A stretch of 64,000 nt of DNA from Azolla caroliniana. Its lineage: Eukaryota; Plantae; Polypodiophyta. Numbering within the stretch: position 1 is the first letter of the stretch; each line of letters begins with the position of its first letter. The notes under the pieces are model-generated. The model did no database searches, was not told the DNA's origin, and saw only the letters and a program-made list of their open reading frames with translations. The stretch is from contig JBHGNT010000003.1 in NCBI GenBank assembly GCA_043228905.1, positions 10,478,001-10,542,000 on the forward strand. Direction: 5' to 3'. A program made the position numbers and the translations under genes. This document shows positions 37,036 to 51,300 of the stretch, piece after piece.

Positions 37036-40000
37036 TGTAAGAGACATAGACTAATGTAAGCATTAGATAAGGATAGAATATAGATGTAGATAGAAAGGAG
37101 AGAGAGAAAGATGGGTGCCGATCCACCCGACCATCCCCGAGCGAAGGGATCGAGACAGACTCGAGCCTCGATCGGCGTCCCATACCACCGCCGTGGCGTC
37201 TAGTCCTACCTGGTGCTGGCGCACTCGCGACAGGACTTGACCCACCACGAAATGGAGTCTCGACATAGTCAAGAGATGATGAAATGAGGGTAACTAGGCC
37301 TCATATTTATAGCGAGACTCAAGGCCCCCAGGCAATTTCACACTTGGCCTAATGGGTTGTCTCAATCCTGAGCATTAAAACTAATCCTCCCCTTCTTTAC
37401 ACTCTCGTTTAACCCTCACACTTATCCACATGTATAGAATACTACGGTAAATTCTCACCATGGGATATTATATGGTCATGCTCGTAACATACTCCCCCTC
37501 TTTAAAGCATTGCACTCTTGCAATGGAAAGTTAGGGAAGTTAGTTCTAAGAGTATTTTCGCGTTCCCATGTGGCATCTTTGATAGATTTATCCATCCATT
37601 TTATTTAAAATTCTCGGATTTCTTTAGTACGTAATTTTTTTGTTTTAACATCGAGAATTCTTTCTGGTACATGTGGTTTAGAAGATAATTCTTTAGAAGT
37701 AACCAGAGTTTCAGTTGTAACTATATTGTCGCCAGAACCTAGAAGTTCTTTTAGACGACTCACATGAAAAACTGGATGAATTTCAACGCCATCGCGAAGA
37801 GCAAGACGATAGGCTGATGACCCAATGCATTTGAGGACTGTAAAAGGTCCACAAAACCGTGGGGCTAACTTAGCGCACTTACCCTTAGACAATGTCTTAG
37901 AATTGTGAGGTACACGTAAAAATACCTTCTGTCCAGGGTTGAATACACGAGGTTCCCTATTATGATAGGCATAAAAACGCGCTCTATCTTGAGCTGTTTT
38001 TATATTTTATCTCGTGCAATATGCAACATATCTTGCACATCCCAAAGAAAGTTTTGCGTACTTCGCAACTCATCATGATGTATATTAACATGAATTGGGG
38101 CTCATGCCTGAAAACCATACATCAACATAAAAGGACTATATCCCGTCAACGTATGCTTGGAGTTGTTATAAGCAAACTCCAAAATTCGGAGATAACGTAC
38201 CCATTTTGTTTGTTTTGTACTAACGTATGTTCGAAGCATGTCCTCAATAATTTGATTTACTCGTTCTGTTTGTCCATCGGATTGAGGATGATCCGTGGAG
38301 CTCATGCTCAACGTAGTTTCTAACTTCTTGAAGACTTGCGTCCAGAAGTCACTAGTAAACTTTGGATCTCGATCACTCACGATATCCATCGGTAACCCAT
38401 AAAAATTAAATAACTCATCAATGAATTGGTAAGCCAATTCAGGAGCTGTTACCGTAGTTTTAGTAGCAATAAATCTAGCCATTTTAGTTAGTCTATCAAC
38501 CACAACCTAGATGGCATCATGACCTTTTTGGGTGCGAGGAAAGCTAATAATAAAATCCATGGATATAATTTCCCACTTATTATTGGGAATGTCCAAGGGA
38601 TGTAAAAGTCCCATGGCTTTAAGTCGCTCGGCTTTGAAAATTTAACATTGGTGACATTTACTCACATAGCTATGTATGTCAGGGCGCATCTTAGGCCAAT
38701 AGAATTGAGTGGAGATGAGAACGAGTGTACACAGTATTCCAAGGTGCCCTGCTGAGGGTGCATTATGGCATTAAAAAAGAATCTTCTTTTTTACCTCAGG
38801 CAAATCTGGAACACAAACCTTCCCATTACGGTAGAGCAAACCGTTAGCAATGTGAAGTATTCCTTCGAGGATGTGGTGGTGTCTATTCCAGACTCAACTC
38901 TTGCCCAGTATTTTGCGAAATAACTGTCATCAGGATACTTTCCTCGAAGGTGATCATAAAGATCTGATGTTATTTCAGTGAATCTAAGCATGTTAACTTC
39001 ATGGATGCGACTTAGTGCATCAACGACAGTGTTCATGGAACCTTTACGATATCGTATGGAAAAATCAAAGTCCTGGATGAGATAAACCCATCGTGCCTTA
39101 CGACCTTTCAGGTCTTGTTGGTCACAAAAATATTTCAAGGACTTGTGGTCTATAGTTACCACAAAGCGATTTCCATAAAGATAATGACGCCATGTTTTGA
39201 GCACATGTATAATTGCGAATAATTCCTTTTCTTGAACGGTATACCGACATTGAGCAGAATCAAGTTTCTTACTCTCGAATGTTATTGGCTTACCATCTTG
39301 ATATAAGACAACACCTATAGCATAATCGCTTGCATCGGTTTCAACCTCAAAAGGTTTTGAAGGATCGGGTAAAAGAAGTGAAGGAGCCTTGGAAACTAGG
39401 TCCTTGAGTTCCTTAAAGGGGAGGTCTAGTGTAGCATTCAACACAATAGGTTTTGTAGACTTACGCGTTTGACCTTTTAGAAGATTAGTAAACGACGTCA
39501 TCAATTGGGAGTAATTACGAAGGTATTTTCGCCAAAACCCAACAAAACCAAGGAATGATTGAACTTCTCGAATAATCCGAAAAGTGGGCCAATGCTTGAT
39601 TTTCTCGATGCGAGAAGGATCAATTTCAACTCCTCGTTTGGTTATGAGATGTCCAAGATAAGTAATTGATTTCTTGAAGAACTCACATTTTGAGATCTTC
39701 GCGTAAATTTGTTTGTAACGCAATGTTTGTAAAACAAAGTAGACATGTTTAGCATGTTCTTGTAATGTACGGCTATAAACTAAAATATCATCCAAGAAAA
39801 TAACGACAAATTTTCCAAGTTGTTCTCGGAAAATGTCATTCATTTCTTGTTGAAATGTAGCCGGAGCATTGGTCAAACCAAAAGGCATAACCAGAAACTC
39901 ATAATGGCCATAGTGCGTACGAAATGTCGTTTTAGGAACATCGTCCTCATTTATACGAATTTGATGGTAGCCAGTACGGAGATCAAGTTTCGTAAAATAC

Positions 40001-43000
40001 TGAGCTCCTGGAGACGGTCAATTAGATCGTCAGCCCAAGGCAATGGATACGAATTCTTGATCGTCACGTTTTTCAAGCATCGGTAATTAATACATATACG
40101 CCATGTGCCCTCTTTCTTTTTACCAAGAGAACTGGTGCACCCCATGGAGATTTACTATAACGTATATAATCCATTCTTAAATAGTCCTTGAGTTGCTTAG
40201 ATACCTCATCTTCTTCGGGTCGACTTAAGGGATAAGGAGGTATACTTAATGGTGCAATGCCAGGTACAATATCTAAACGATGGTCTATATTACGTTTAGG
40301 AGGTAAACCATCTGGTAGTGCACTCGGAAAAACATCACGAATATCAAGTTGTTGTTGTTCAAAATATACCCGTTTGCACGTAGTAAATCATTGGGACCCA
40401 ATACATAGTGAGGGGACGAACATTCACAATTACTTAAATGATGTGTATAAACTTGAACGACATTAGGAATCTGACCTTTATGGTCTGCAGCTTTAGCTTT
40501 GCTGTCGTGCTCTTTCCGTTGGAGCTTTCGACATTGTTCTTTTGTATAACCCTTCTTTTTGCGGTATACACAAAAAGGATGTTGTCGCTTACAATTGCGA
40601 TCCAGGAATTAGTTGGGTGTCTTGTGTTTCCCAATGAATTGCGACTGCTTAGTCCCGGGCACTTCGTTGGGTTTGTTGTGGTCCTTCTTCGAAGTGCGTT
40701 GATAGCGAAGAACTATTTCAACGACCTCTTCAAACGATTTTGGATCCTTATCGTGCACTATCCAGTGATAGTCCGAATTGGGGATGCCATTGATAAAACA
40801 AGCTATTAACCAATTGTCCCCTTCTAGACCCGATTTTTGGATTTGGTTTCTAGCATGGTGGACATAGTCTTCTAGCGAGGAAAATTTCCGACTAGAGAGG
40901 TTCATTAAAGCTTGTGCTACCTCGGTTCAAGAGGGAGGTTGTAGAAATTGGCCCTTGAAAACTGTGACAAAATCTGTCAAGGTATCGGGAAATTTCCCCA
41001 AAGTACGGAGCCCACACCACCAGGTGACGGCCTTACCCCCTAGTTCTCGGCCGACATATGCAATCTTTGTACTATCTTGCATGGGATAGAGCTCAAAATG
41101 AGACTCCCATCAGCCCAACCACGTGCAAATTGCTTCTTCGGTTCTTTTCTTTTTTTCTTCCGTAAATGGCTTAACGACAAATGATGGCTTACCGTATCGC
41201 TCATCAGGTCTATTAGTCTCTCGTTGTAAACTAATGACACGTTCGTCGAGAGCACTTTGAGATTCCCGAAGTTCGGTCATCTGTTGAGCGGTGAAACTAA
41301 GGTATTGGGTTAGTTGCGAAAAATACATCTCAATGGATGTTTGTCCAGGAGGATTTCCTTGAGTTCCTTCCGCTTGAGCGGATGACATTGGGTCGTTATT
41401 TTGAGCCCTTAAATGATTATTCTGGCAAAGAAATAGGATAAGGTCAAAGGGATAGTCATAACATCATGTCGTGATGGAAACATATCATGGGCAAACATTA
41501 ATCAATATCATGATCTTACGTCGATACCCCTCTAGACGTATGAGATGAGGTTCAAGATCAGGTTACTATGGTAACACAAAGGTGGTTTAAAAACCATGGG
41601 GGTGACAATTTAATGTCTTTCCCTGATCTCTATATCGATTTTTTCATGGTGGCTCCCCGAGGCTCAACCATGTATGTTCGCGTCATGAATAGTTTATACA
41701 CGAAAAAAATGTTAACAATAAACTATGTTTTGGTGCCCACATCTATGGTTTTGGCTCTTTAAGTCCTATTATGAGGTCCCCGAAGTGCACTTAGACCTCA
41801 AGTCTAAACATGTGTTATAGTCATATGTATCAACGAGGTTGTATAGTCTTGGTCATATTTGAACTCGAGACCTCGAGAACAAATGCATTAAACACTTGAG
41901 CCAACAAAGTAGGCTGCTCTTCTTGAATGTTTAATGTTTCATGCATATAAGAGATATGCGAGGCATTTGCCCATATATGTTCTTTTAAAAGAAACATATA
42001 TGTCAAGAGTCCTTATTTCGCCCTCATTTACTACAACTACGTTGGTACGTTACCTAACCTCAAGTCTCGTAATTACGATGGCATACGCCAAAGTGCAACC
42101 TAATGGTCAAGCCAAATGAGCCCTCTTTTCGTAGTAGGCCCACATGGCCCATCACATGGTCACGTTATTGCGAATGCCTCTCGTAAGAATGATCTCATGG
42201 TGGCATCGTATCCATGTAATGAGGGAGGGATATTGGATATGTGTGTCATAAGAGCGACCTCACATGAAGTGGGTCAAGGCCTACGTACTCAACACCATTA
42301 TGGCTATAGCGTTTCTTTACGTAACGATATATCGAAGTCACCAATAGGGATTTCAACGGGGATTTCTTACGCATACGAGACCAAACGCATATCATTTACA
42401 ATAAAATCGAGGTGTTGACCTCATATGCAAATGTAACATATGTTCGTGAACGTAATATGTAATTGAGGTATTAACCTCGTACACATACGACACTCATCAC
42501 ATATTATTTATATGTCAAACGAGGTATTGACCTCGTGCACATATGTAAGCGTTTTAGATAACCGATTAAATACCACTACAACATAATTTGATTAATGAAA
42601 ATAATCTACATATTAACCATACACATGATTAGATGGGAGAAGAAAAAATAGACCAAAAATAACAAGAAAGATTACCGAAGTTCCTTGTTGATCCTTGTCT
42701 GCATGAAGGCCAACTGCACAACGATCGATCGCCATCCATCGAGAAGATAAGAACAACAAAAGAAACATTAGTACAAAGGCTTGGATACCAAATATTAGAG
42801 ACATGTACTAAAGTAAGCATTAGATAAGGATAGATCTAGATAGATAGAAAGAAAGGAGAGAGAGAGAAAGAAGGGTGCCGATCCACCCGACCACCCCCGA
42901 GCGAAGGGATCGAGATGGACTCGAGCCTTGATAGGCATCCCATACCACCGCCGTGGCGTCGAGTCGTACCTGGTGCTGGTGCGCTTGCTACAAGAGTCGA

Positions 43001-43249
43001 ACCACTCACGAACAGTGTCTCAACATAGTCAATAGATGATGAAATGAGGGTAGCTAGGCATCTTATTTATAGCGATACCCAAGGCCCCCAGGCAAGTTCA
43101 CACTTGGCCTAATGGGTTGTCTCAATCCCGAGTATTAAAAGTAATCCTCCCCTTCTTTACACTCTCGTTTAAGCCTCACACTTTTCCACGTGTATAGAAT
43201 GCTACGGTAAATTCTCACCATGGGATATTATATGGTCATGCTCGTAACA
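37036..43249 (-). mobile_element. A2: chromoviral Ty3/gypsy element, both LTRs present but decayed, protease region deleted
   Basis: TSD CGGAC at 37031-37035 and 43250-43254. LTRs 37036-37489 and 42793-43249; PBS TGGTATCCAAGCC; PPT next to 37490. RT/RH ORF 38791-39888; chromodomain ~37500-37700. Confidence 0.94.
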
Positions 43250-43679
43250 CGGACTGATGCCGAAGAATCCGTACGAGCAACCGGGGCCTAGCGGTGAAGA
43301 AGTAATCATGGAACTTACGCCGACAACGAAGCTGGTACCTTCGGCTATGACGGTCTAGTAGCCGGTTAAAGTAAAAAAAGAAAAGAAAAAAGAACGTGAA
43401 TTATGAATGGCCACCATGAAAAGATGTGACAACAACCATTTAAAGCGCACCATGCAGCGTGCACATACTATTATGGTACACGACGTGCATGCGCGCGGGA
43501 ATCAAGAAATGTCGGCTGGACAAAATGGGGGCACAAAACATCCGCTTAACATAGGCACTGCCATTTCGTGAAAACAAGGTATTCTGAGAGCAAAGGCATT
43601 TACAAGTTTTCAAAAGAGCACAAGCGAGCACCAACAGCAAGGAACTCCACCAAATCAACTAAAGTGAAGAAGAAGACAC

Positions 43680-44250
43680 AAGACCAATGGCTCTATTAGA
43701 CGCGGCGAAAGATTGGCTCAGTAGATACGGATTGGAGGGATTCCTCTGGATAGCAGAGGCGCCACCGCATGAAGAACCGGAGAAGGTCTCATTACAAATC
43801 GACCTCGAGGAGATCACATAAGGCATGGTGTAGGCCCTTACCACCCTACCGGCAGGAAGCCTCTACTCCATCGAGAACCCCTCGATTGAGACACTGATGG
43901 GGTACTTTGGCGAGTACTCCATAGGCAGCAAAGCATACCACACACAAGGCGACAAGGACCCTTTCTTTTGGGAGGTGGCATGGGTGTTAATCGAATATGG
44001 ATTTGTGCATCCTTGCCCACCGACTATGCCTAAAAATGGAGCGAGTTTTATCATTGCGACGTATGAAGGTGTGAAGGTGGACTGGTTGGTTATAGTGGTA
44101 GATTCCTTGTGGGTTGCCATTCACTCGGTTGTGGATGGGAAGAAGGCCTGGACCGCGATGGCACAATGGCTCATCTTGCTAGTACCACCGCCACTGGCCA
44201 TTCAAGCAAGGAAACGGGGCCGATCGGCAGAAACAACGCCGAATAAAATG
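43680..44250 (+). pseudogene. Truncated, diverged homolog of the C1 extra ORF (part of C0)
   Basis: AAKDWLSRYGLEGFL..EAPPHEE, YFGEYS, DPFFWEVAWVLIEYG, MPKNGASFIIATYEGVKVDW and AQWLILLVPP align to C1 ORF residues ~105-290; two stops. Confidence 0.88.
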
Positions 44251-47200
44251 ACGAAACATCTATTGGAGTATGGTGCATTTGAAGGCTCTAAAATCTTCAT
44301 CTTGACTTTATCCTTCAGCAACTCCAACAATTGAGGTAATCGAGCTCTCGGTATTGCAATAGGTTTAAAATTCCAAGGAATATGAGGGATAGTAAATATT
44401 ACCATTTGTGTCACCACCTTTGGATTTACACAACCAATCTCCTCAGCTTTGAATGTGAACGCTTTCCCATGCCTAAAGATCATTTCTTTGAAAGTCACGA
44501 TCTCTGATTGTAGAAGAAATTCACCCCTTCCGATTCTCAAGTTATTTATTGTCTCCGAAGTGAAGTGATGTTCGATCTTCTCTATTGGTCGAAGCATAGG
44601 CTCGGTTGCTACTGCCTCCATCTTCTCTTCACTACCAATAGGTAATGGTACTGCAGCAGGTTTGACCTTTTTATCTATTGTTTTGTATTTTGTATTACAT
44701 AAACTTTCTACTTCTTCATATTTACAATTATACCTATCAATCTCATAATACATATCAATTGAGTTTACATGTATCTTTCTAACATTCTCATCATCTTCTT
44801 TCAAATACATTTCTAACTCTTCTAAAGTATTTGCAAAAGAAATTTCTTCCATAACACTTTCAATCTGCTCTTCCATTTCAAGTACTCCAGTATCCTTCAA
44901 TGCCTATTGAAACAGATTAGCATTCTTTTTCAAGTTCCTCTTGCATTCATACATCCTAGTCACACATATAGCACCACTTTTAGAAACATGAAATGACTTA
45001 TTCATATGTTGTAATGCCCTATATGAGGGTCTTTTAATAATGGGACTATTGCAACCCTCACTCGCAACAGTCCTGGTCAAAAACCTGATTATCAAAATCA
45101 TCACAATCTTTTGGTATTGAATGATCATGAAGCTCTTGCTTGTTCCTCTCATGATTTGGGCGAACTGTCATAAATTGTACAGTTCATCGTCCATCTTGGC
45201 TACGGATTTTCGCATAGGCAGAACCATTGTCGAGGACTTTGGTCTCCTTCTGTACCGCTGTAATGTATGGTTACCCCAGGATTATTGGATAGGTAGATCC
45301 TTCCTGCACAAAGAAATGTTGATCTACCTCTATATCACCAATAGTAACCTTTACATTTGGGCATGCACCAAATAAATCTTCTGTGACTGATGTGGCAGCT
45401 TTTACTCGCAAACCATGTTGAGTATCAATTGGCCATCTACCTTTCCTGTAAAAATCAGCACTCATTATATTTATTTCAGAACCATGATCAATAAGTGCCA
45501 TCACGGGGTCTGGAACATTTCTAATCTTCACATGATGCTCAGTAGTGGCTCTTGCCCAACATTTGCGAGAGTAATGGCTTCTTACATCTGTTGAATTTAT
45601 CATTGAGGTTGATGCATGTTGAGAGTCAACAACGATATTGTTTGACTCGTTGCTCACCACTTCATATGCCACCTTCGTATTTGTCTCTTTAACCTGCTCA
45701 TTTACTTGCTTCTTTCTTCACACAATATCAATTATTTCATCATGAAATTCCTTTTTTGCAATACCTAACACTTCTCTTAGTGTAAATTCTACTCGACTGT
45801 CTAGTATTCTTGTTTCTAAAACTTTCTTTAAATCTGTATCCTTTTCAATATCAGACATTAATTTGAATGAAGGACCAGATTTACCTTTTTCGACCTTTGC
45901 GTCCATCTCTTTTCTTTTGCTGTCTCTTGTCTCATGCTTTTTTGTTGAGCCAATCTCATCATCCGGCCTTTTCCTTTTTTCTTCCACTATCACCTCATGC
46001 TCTTGGTGTTCTACCATCTGAGCATAGACCGTCATAGCATCTACTGGAACATCCGATCCAATGTTTTTCCTTACAGAATCTTCGGCAACACGAAGGTCTT
46101 CCATCTTCATCTTTTGCTTTTGTGCGGTACTTACAACCTTCTCCCAGAATGATGATCGGGATGGCATGTCATCGAGGCGCATTCCTGCCATTGCCAAGTA
46201 GTACATTGCGGAAGCCTTCTTTGCTTCAGCTTCTTCAAATTTAACCTTAACACCACCTTCACCAAAGTTCTTTGTAAGTGGACTTCTAGTTTCAGTTAAA
46301 TAAATGTTACCATTTTTCCAATACACCAAGTCTCGATTTTCCATGTCTTTATATTCCGCACAATCACGTAATTGATGTTCGAGGCTATCACACCACATGC
46401 ATCGAGGTCGAAATGGTTCCCTTGACCTCGAAGTTTGGCCATTCTCAAGCTTTGCCACTTTAATTGTTAGATTTTTCATACTTTGAACTAAATCATCAAG
46501 CAAAGACTCACTCTTAGTTTTGATCATTTCTCGTGGTTGATGGACCATTTCGTGTGATGGTTCTCGACCAAGTCTTTTAACTTCAATGTTTTGGTCAAGC
46601 CGATTTGTGATTCCCACATGTGGTATTTGTAGCATTACACCATTCCTTTGCATTCTTTTTATAAATTTATTACAAGCATTTGTTACCTCATTCCAATCTG
46701 TCGTTATACCATCCTCGGTATTTGGCACTTCAAGCATAAATTCCAATTATCTCTTGTCAACTGCCTGCAAAAATAAAGCAACCTTTTGCCAAGACAAAGA
46801 ATTTCTTTCTTCTGGCTTTAAGTGTCCATACATCCTATCAAACTCTTTTTTTGTGTCAGCCACAAATAACCCTTTATCTTCTTTTAAGATCCATTCATGA
46901 AATGAACGCATAGTAACTCGAGAGAAATCCTCACGAGCATATTCAGACACAAGTGCTTCTTTGAATGCATTCCAATCCAAACTATGCAATGCTTGTATTT
47001 CATGAATTCTATCTCTTAATTCCATGTCCACTAATTTATAAAAGTTTGCTATCATATTGACATCATTTATACCAGACATTTCCATTTCATCATAATATAT
47101 ATTCACATACTTCGAAATATGTGTGCCATCAAACATACCAATCTTCTCTCGGACTTCTCGTAAGGCATGAAATAATCGATCTTGATTCAACTTTTCAATA

Positions 47201-48396
47201 AACAACATTACCAGATCCATTGTACTCGTACTTGCCATGTTGATGATGTTGATCTTTACTTTAGATGTCTCCTCTACTTCCCCGTTTCACGTCGGGTTCA
47301 CCAAATTGTGTCGTGACGTGGCTCGCCTAGAAGCGTAGCGTTGTGCACACAAAGGATAACGTGAAAGTGAGGAAGGAATCACTAGGATTATGGACGGAAG
47401 AGACGAAAGAGTAGAGATGGAGTGAATAGAGATCAATAAGATATGACAAAATAGGATTTTTAAGGAATATAAGATAAGACAAGATAAGATATAAAATAAT
47501 ATATGAGAAAGTGTATGAAATTTATAATCATTTTCATGAACGAGTTACAAAATGATTGTGCACGTCGTTAAACCTCCGAACTTTGTCTTGCAAGGTAATC
47601 ACTCTTCTCTTTCTTGATCGTAGACCACTACAATCTTCACTTCAATATTTTGATGAAGATACGGCTCGAACCACCTCCCTCTTGTTGAGAGTTGACCACC
47701 ACGACCGCCAAGCTAGAGCTCCTTGTTTATGTTCAACTTCTTCCCTTCTTTCTCTATTTTTATGGTATCTCTTATGTAATACATAATTTGATTGATATCT
47801 CATACCTCTCTTTTTTTTATCTTCTCTTTCACCCTTTAAATAGGTGCCCCCATGCATATGATGCATTGGAGGGTACAAGACATGCATGTGATGCATGATC
47901 ACCATTTGGCGTTCATGCATTACATGTGATGCATGATAAACATCTCACTCATTTGAGCTTTTATGTATGAAACAATATATACAATAACAATAAACATGAA
48001 AATATATGGTAGTTGTGTTGACTTTGGTGTATGAGGTTGTGGGTTCGAGTCTCAAAATACTATTGAATACAACATACAACTTTATTTTTATATCCTGAAG
48101 CAAATCCTTTATGTAATATAAAGTATACTTTATTTTATGTATATTACTAGTATAGAGTAAATGGTAAGATTTGAGAGTCATAGGGTGGGGTTATTGGTTC
48201 AAGTCCTCTCTTGTTCGTGTAATATAATATATTTATCTATATATATATATATATTATTTTTCTTTACATATATATCAAATATTATCATATGTGTTGTTAA
48301 TATTATCTTTATATATAAAACATTATCAAATGTTATTTTAGTTACGCATTTATCTTATTGTAGACTTTTAATGTGAAGCTTTCGTACTTCACGACA
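44251..48396 (-). mobile_element. B2: 5' half of a divergent, AT-rich family-B gypsy element (LTR, PBS, gag, protease, RT start)
   Basis: 1088-bp LTR 47309-48396 with inverted termini TGTCGTGA/TCACGACA. 18-nt tRNA-Trp PBS at 47286-47303. Motifs CMWCDSLEHQLRDC, IDHGSEINIMS, ILEPSNAPYSNR. Fused to C0 at ~44250. Confidence 0.9.
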
Positions 48397-51300
48397 CCGT
48401 AAGTTGCAGCTCCAGCAAGAGCTGAACAACATCCAGCAGAGAGATATGTCAGTTACGGAGTACACAACCAAAATAAAGGAGATTTATGACGCGCTTGGGT
48501 TCATCAATGTGACGGTGCACAAAGACGAAATGGTACAAATCTGCCTTGGTGGTCTAGCACAACGGTACGGGCCAATCCGGACGGTGATCTACATTCGGGA
48601 GAAGCCATCATCCTTCTTCGACCTGCAATCCATGCTGATGGTCGAAGAAAACCACGTAAGTGGGCCAAGGACAACTCAACCGGACAACGAGATGTTGTAC
48701 ATGGAGAACAACCGGCCACGTGGGCATGGTGGATGAGGTGGGTTGGCACGCAATGAAGGCGGCCAGCAAGAGCAGGACCGAAGGCACAGAGACAATGCCG
48801 ACAATAGTTCCAGACCCTCCACAAGTAAGGGGAGTCAAGGCGGCGCCGGAAACCGGCAATCAAAGGCCTACGGTTCGGCAAGAAAGGCCAGAGAGAAAGC
48901 GAGTATTGTAAGAAGCGTGCCGATTTGGATAAATCCAGATTCGGCAAGTCCGGACAGGGAAACCAGCAAAGTTCGTACTACGCTGAGGAATCGAAAGGAT
49001 CCGGAACCGGGAAGACCGATAAAGGGCCAACCTTCGTGATGAAGCACAAGGCGAACTCGATGAAAAAGACCAATTCCAGATCGGTAGAAGTGTGGTACGT
49101 TGATTCCGGAGCATCTAATCACATGACAAGTCATGAAGAGTGGTTCTCGTTTTCAGAGAAACTGGAAGAACCGAGAATGTCGAAACGGACACGACGCCCC
49201 TCACCTGATTGTGCATGTCGGAGAAGTCCCTTTAAGCCATGTCGAACAAAAGGGAAAGCTGATGAACATACTTCACGTTCCGACAATCACAAAGAACCTG
49301 GTGTCGGTTGGACAAATCGTCGACCAGGGAATGCAGGTGCGGTTTACGCACCTCGGGTGCTTCATCGAGGAAGAGGGTCGGATAATCGCGCAAGGGCACA
49401 AAGATGGGAGGATGTTCATACTCAACACCAATGACATAAGCACCGCCTTCTTTGCCAAAGGATAGAAGACTAAATCGAACATCGATATCTGGCACAAGCG
49501 GATTGACCACGTCAACTACCGCAAGATTCAAGACTTGCAATCGAAATAGGTTGTTCTCGGATTGCCGAAATTCAGTGGCCGGAAGGCCCAATATGTCAAG
49601 CCTGCCAACTTGGGAAGGAACGCTGGCTTCCATTCTCCACCGAACAAAACCGGAGCCGTAACAAGCTCGACATAATCCATTCGGATGTCTGGGGACTGGC
49701 ATAGAACGTTAGTCTTGGCAAGAACCGATATTTTGTCTCCTTCATCGACGACTATAACCAACATACATGGATCTACCTCACTGAGAGGAAAAGTGAAGTC
49801 TTCGATTATTTCCGAAATCTACAAAACCTACTCGAGAGGGAAATAGAAAGAAAGATCAAGTGCCTACGGTTAGATGGCAGAAAAAAATACTTTTCCGGCC
49901 AATTCAAAAGTTATCTGCAACAAAAAGGAAGTCGGAGAGAATTCAGCTGTCGATACACATCGGAACAAAACAGTGTGGCCGAGAGAAAGAACTAGTTGAT
50001 TGTTGACGCATGTTGAGAGACAAGCTCAACATTCGTGCGTAATACGATGCGTAACCCAATGCGTAGATTGGGTGTGTAAATCGGTACGCATAACATGGCC
50101 GTATCGGTGTGAAAACTGTGAGGCCATTGGGAAGATATTCCTCATAAGGAATAATTTTGGAAGTTAGTGTAGTAGGCTCATTTATGAGCGATCAAGTACT
50201 ATCAGTACTTGTGTCAGCCCTATTGTCAGGGCTTGTATAAAAGGTGCTCATTGAGCACGGTGTATGTATAGATTGAGTATTATTTTGAATTGAGTTTCAG
50301 TGTGTTCTCTCTCTCTGTCTCTCCCGCATACTGTGTATATTCAAGCTCTCCATTAAACCTGTGTATTTTTTGTGTTTGGTTTTCTATTGCTTCCGCAAAT
50401 AATCTTTTTCATGGTATCAGAGCGCGAGGGTTGAGAACCTCTGCAACCGACATAGCTTGAAAAGAAAACCAACCAAGAAGAATAAGTAAAAACCGATGGA
50501 TAGAGGAATGGCTAACTCGCTTCCGACGGAGAAGCTCGACAGAAACAACTACGGATCTTGGTCCTACAAGATGCACCAGTACCTGCTCAGGCACGGTTAC
50601 TAGAGCTATGTCGACGGAGCAAATGACACAGCACACGAATCGACACATAGAGATTTCCCGGTGTGGGAACAGTCGGTGAGCAGAGTACTGTACTGCTTCG
50701 CATCTTGTGTGGGCGAACAACTCCTAACCTACATTCGTGATGCAAAAACACCAAAAAATGCTTGGGGAAATCTGAAGAAGATTTTCGCCGCAAGCACTAC
50801 AACCAGGAAGCTTCATCTCCGACAGGAGCTAAGCAACCTACGACAACGCTACTTATCGGCGGTTGATTGCACCTCGAAGATCAAAGAGATATGCGACTCC
50901 TTAGCCTCTATCGATGTGAACGTCGAGAAAGGCGAGATGGTGCAAATCTGTCTCAGAGGACTGGCATCAAAGTTCGGAGCATTCCGAACTACTACGTGTA
51001 CACAGGAGAATACGCAGTCGTTTTTCGACTTACAGTCGATGCTCCTTATAGAGGAGAACCACATGGGTGCATCAACAAGCATGCATGTCGACAGCAAGAT
51101 GTTGTACGCGGAGGGAGATAGGCCCCGTGGTCGTGGCGAACAAGGCAAGTCGTTGCGCAATGGAGGCGGCCGACGGGATCAAGGAAGAAGGCACCAAAGT
51201 GATGCCAACAGCAATTTCGGACCCTCCGGAAACAGGGGGAGTCGAGGCAACGAGAACCGGCAAGGGAAATCTGTCGCGGAATGCTGGTACTGTGGCAAAA

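Larger units (their letters stand above)
9411..44250 (+). mobile_element. C0: degenerate family-C Ty3/gypsy relic in three pieces (9411-10049, 36423-37035, 43250-44250); host of A1 and A2
   Basis: Integrase reads continuously across the insertions (CLIELIND*GGHFLGQVVESLTTF; LYHG/LMPKNPY). It is followed by a homolog of the C1 extra ORF. No LTRs remain. Confidence 0.88.
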
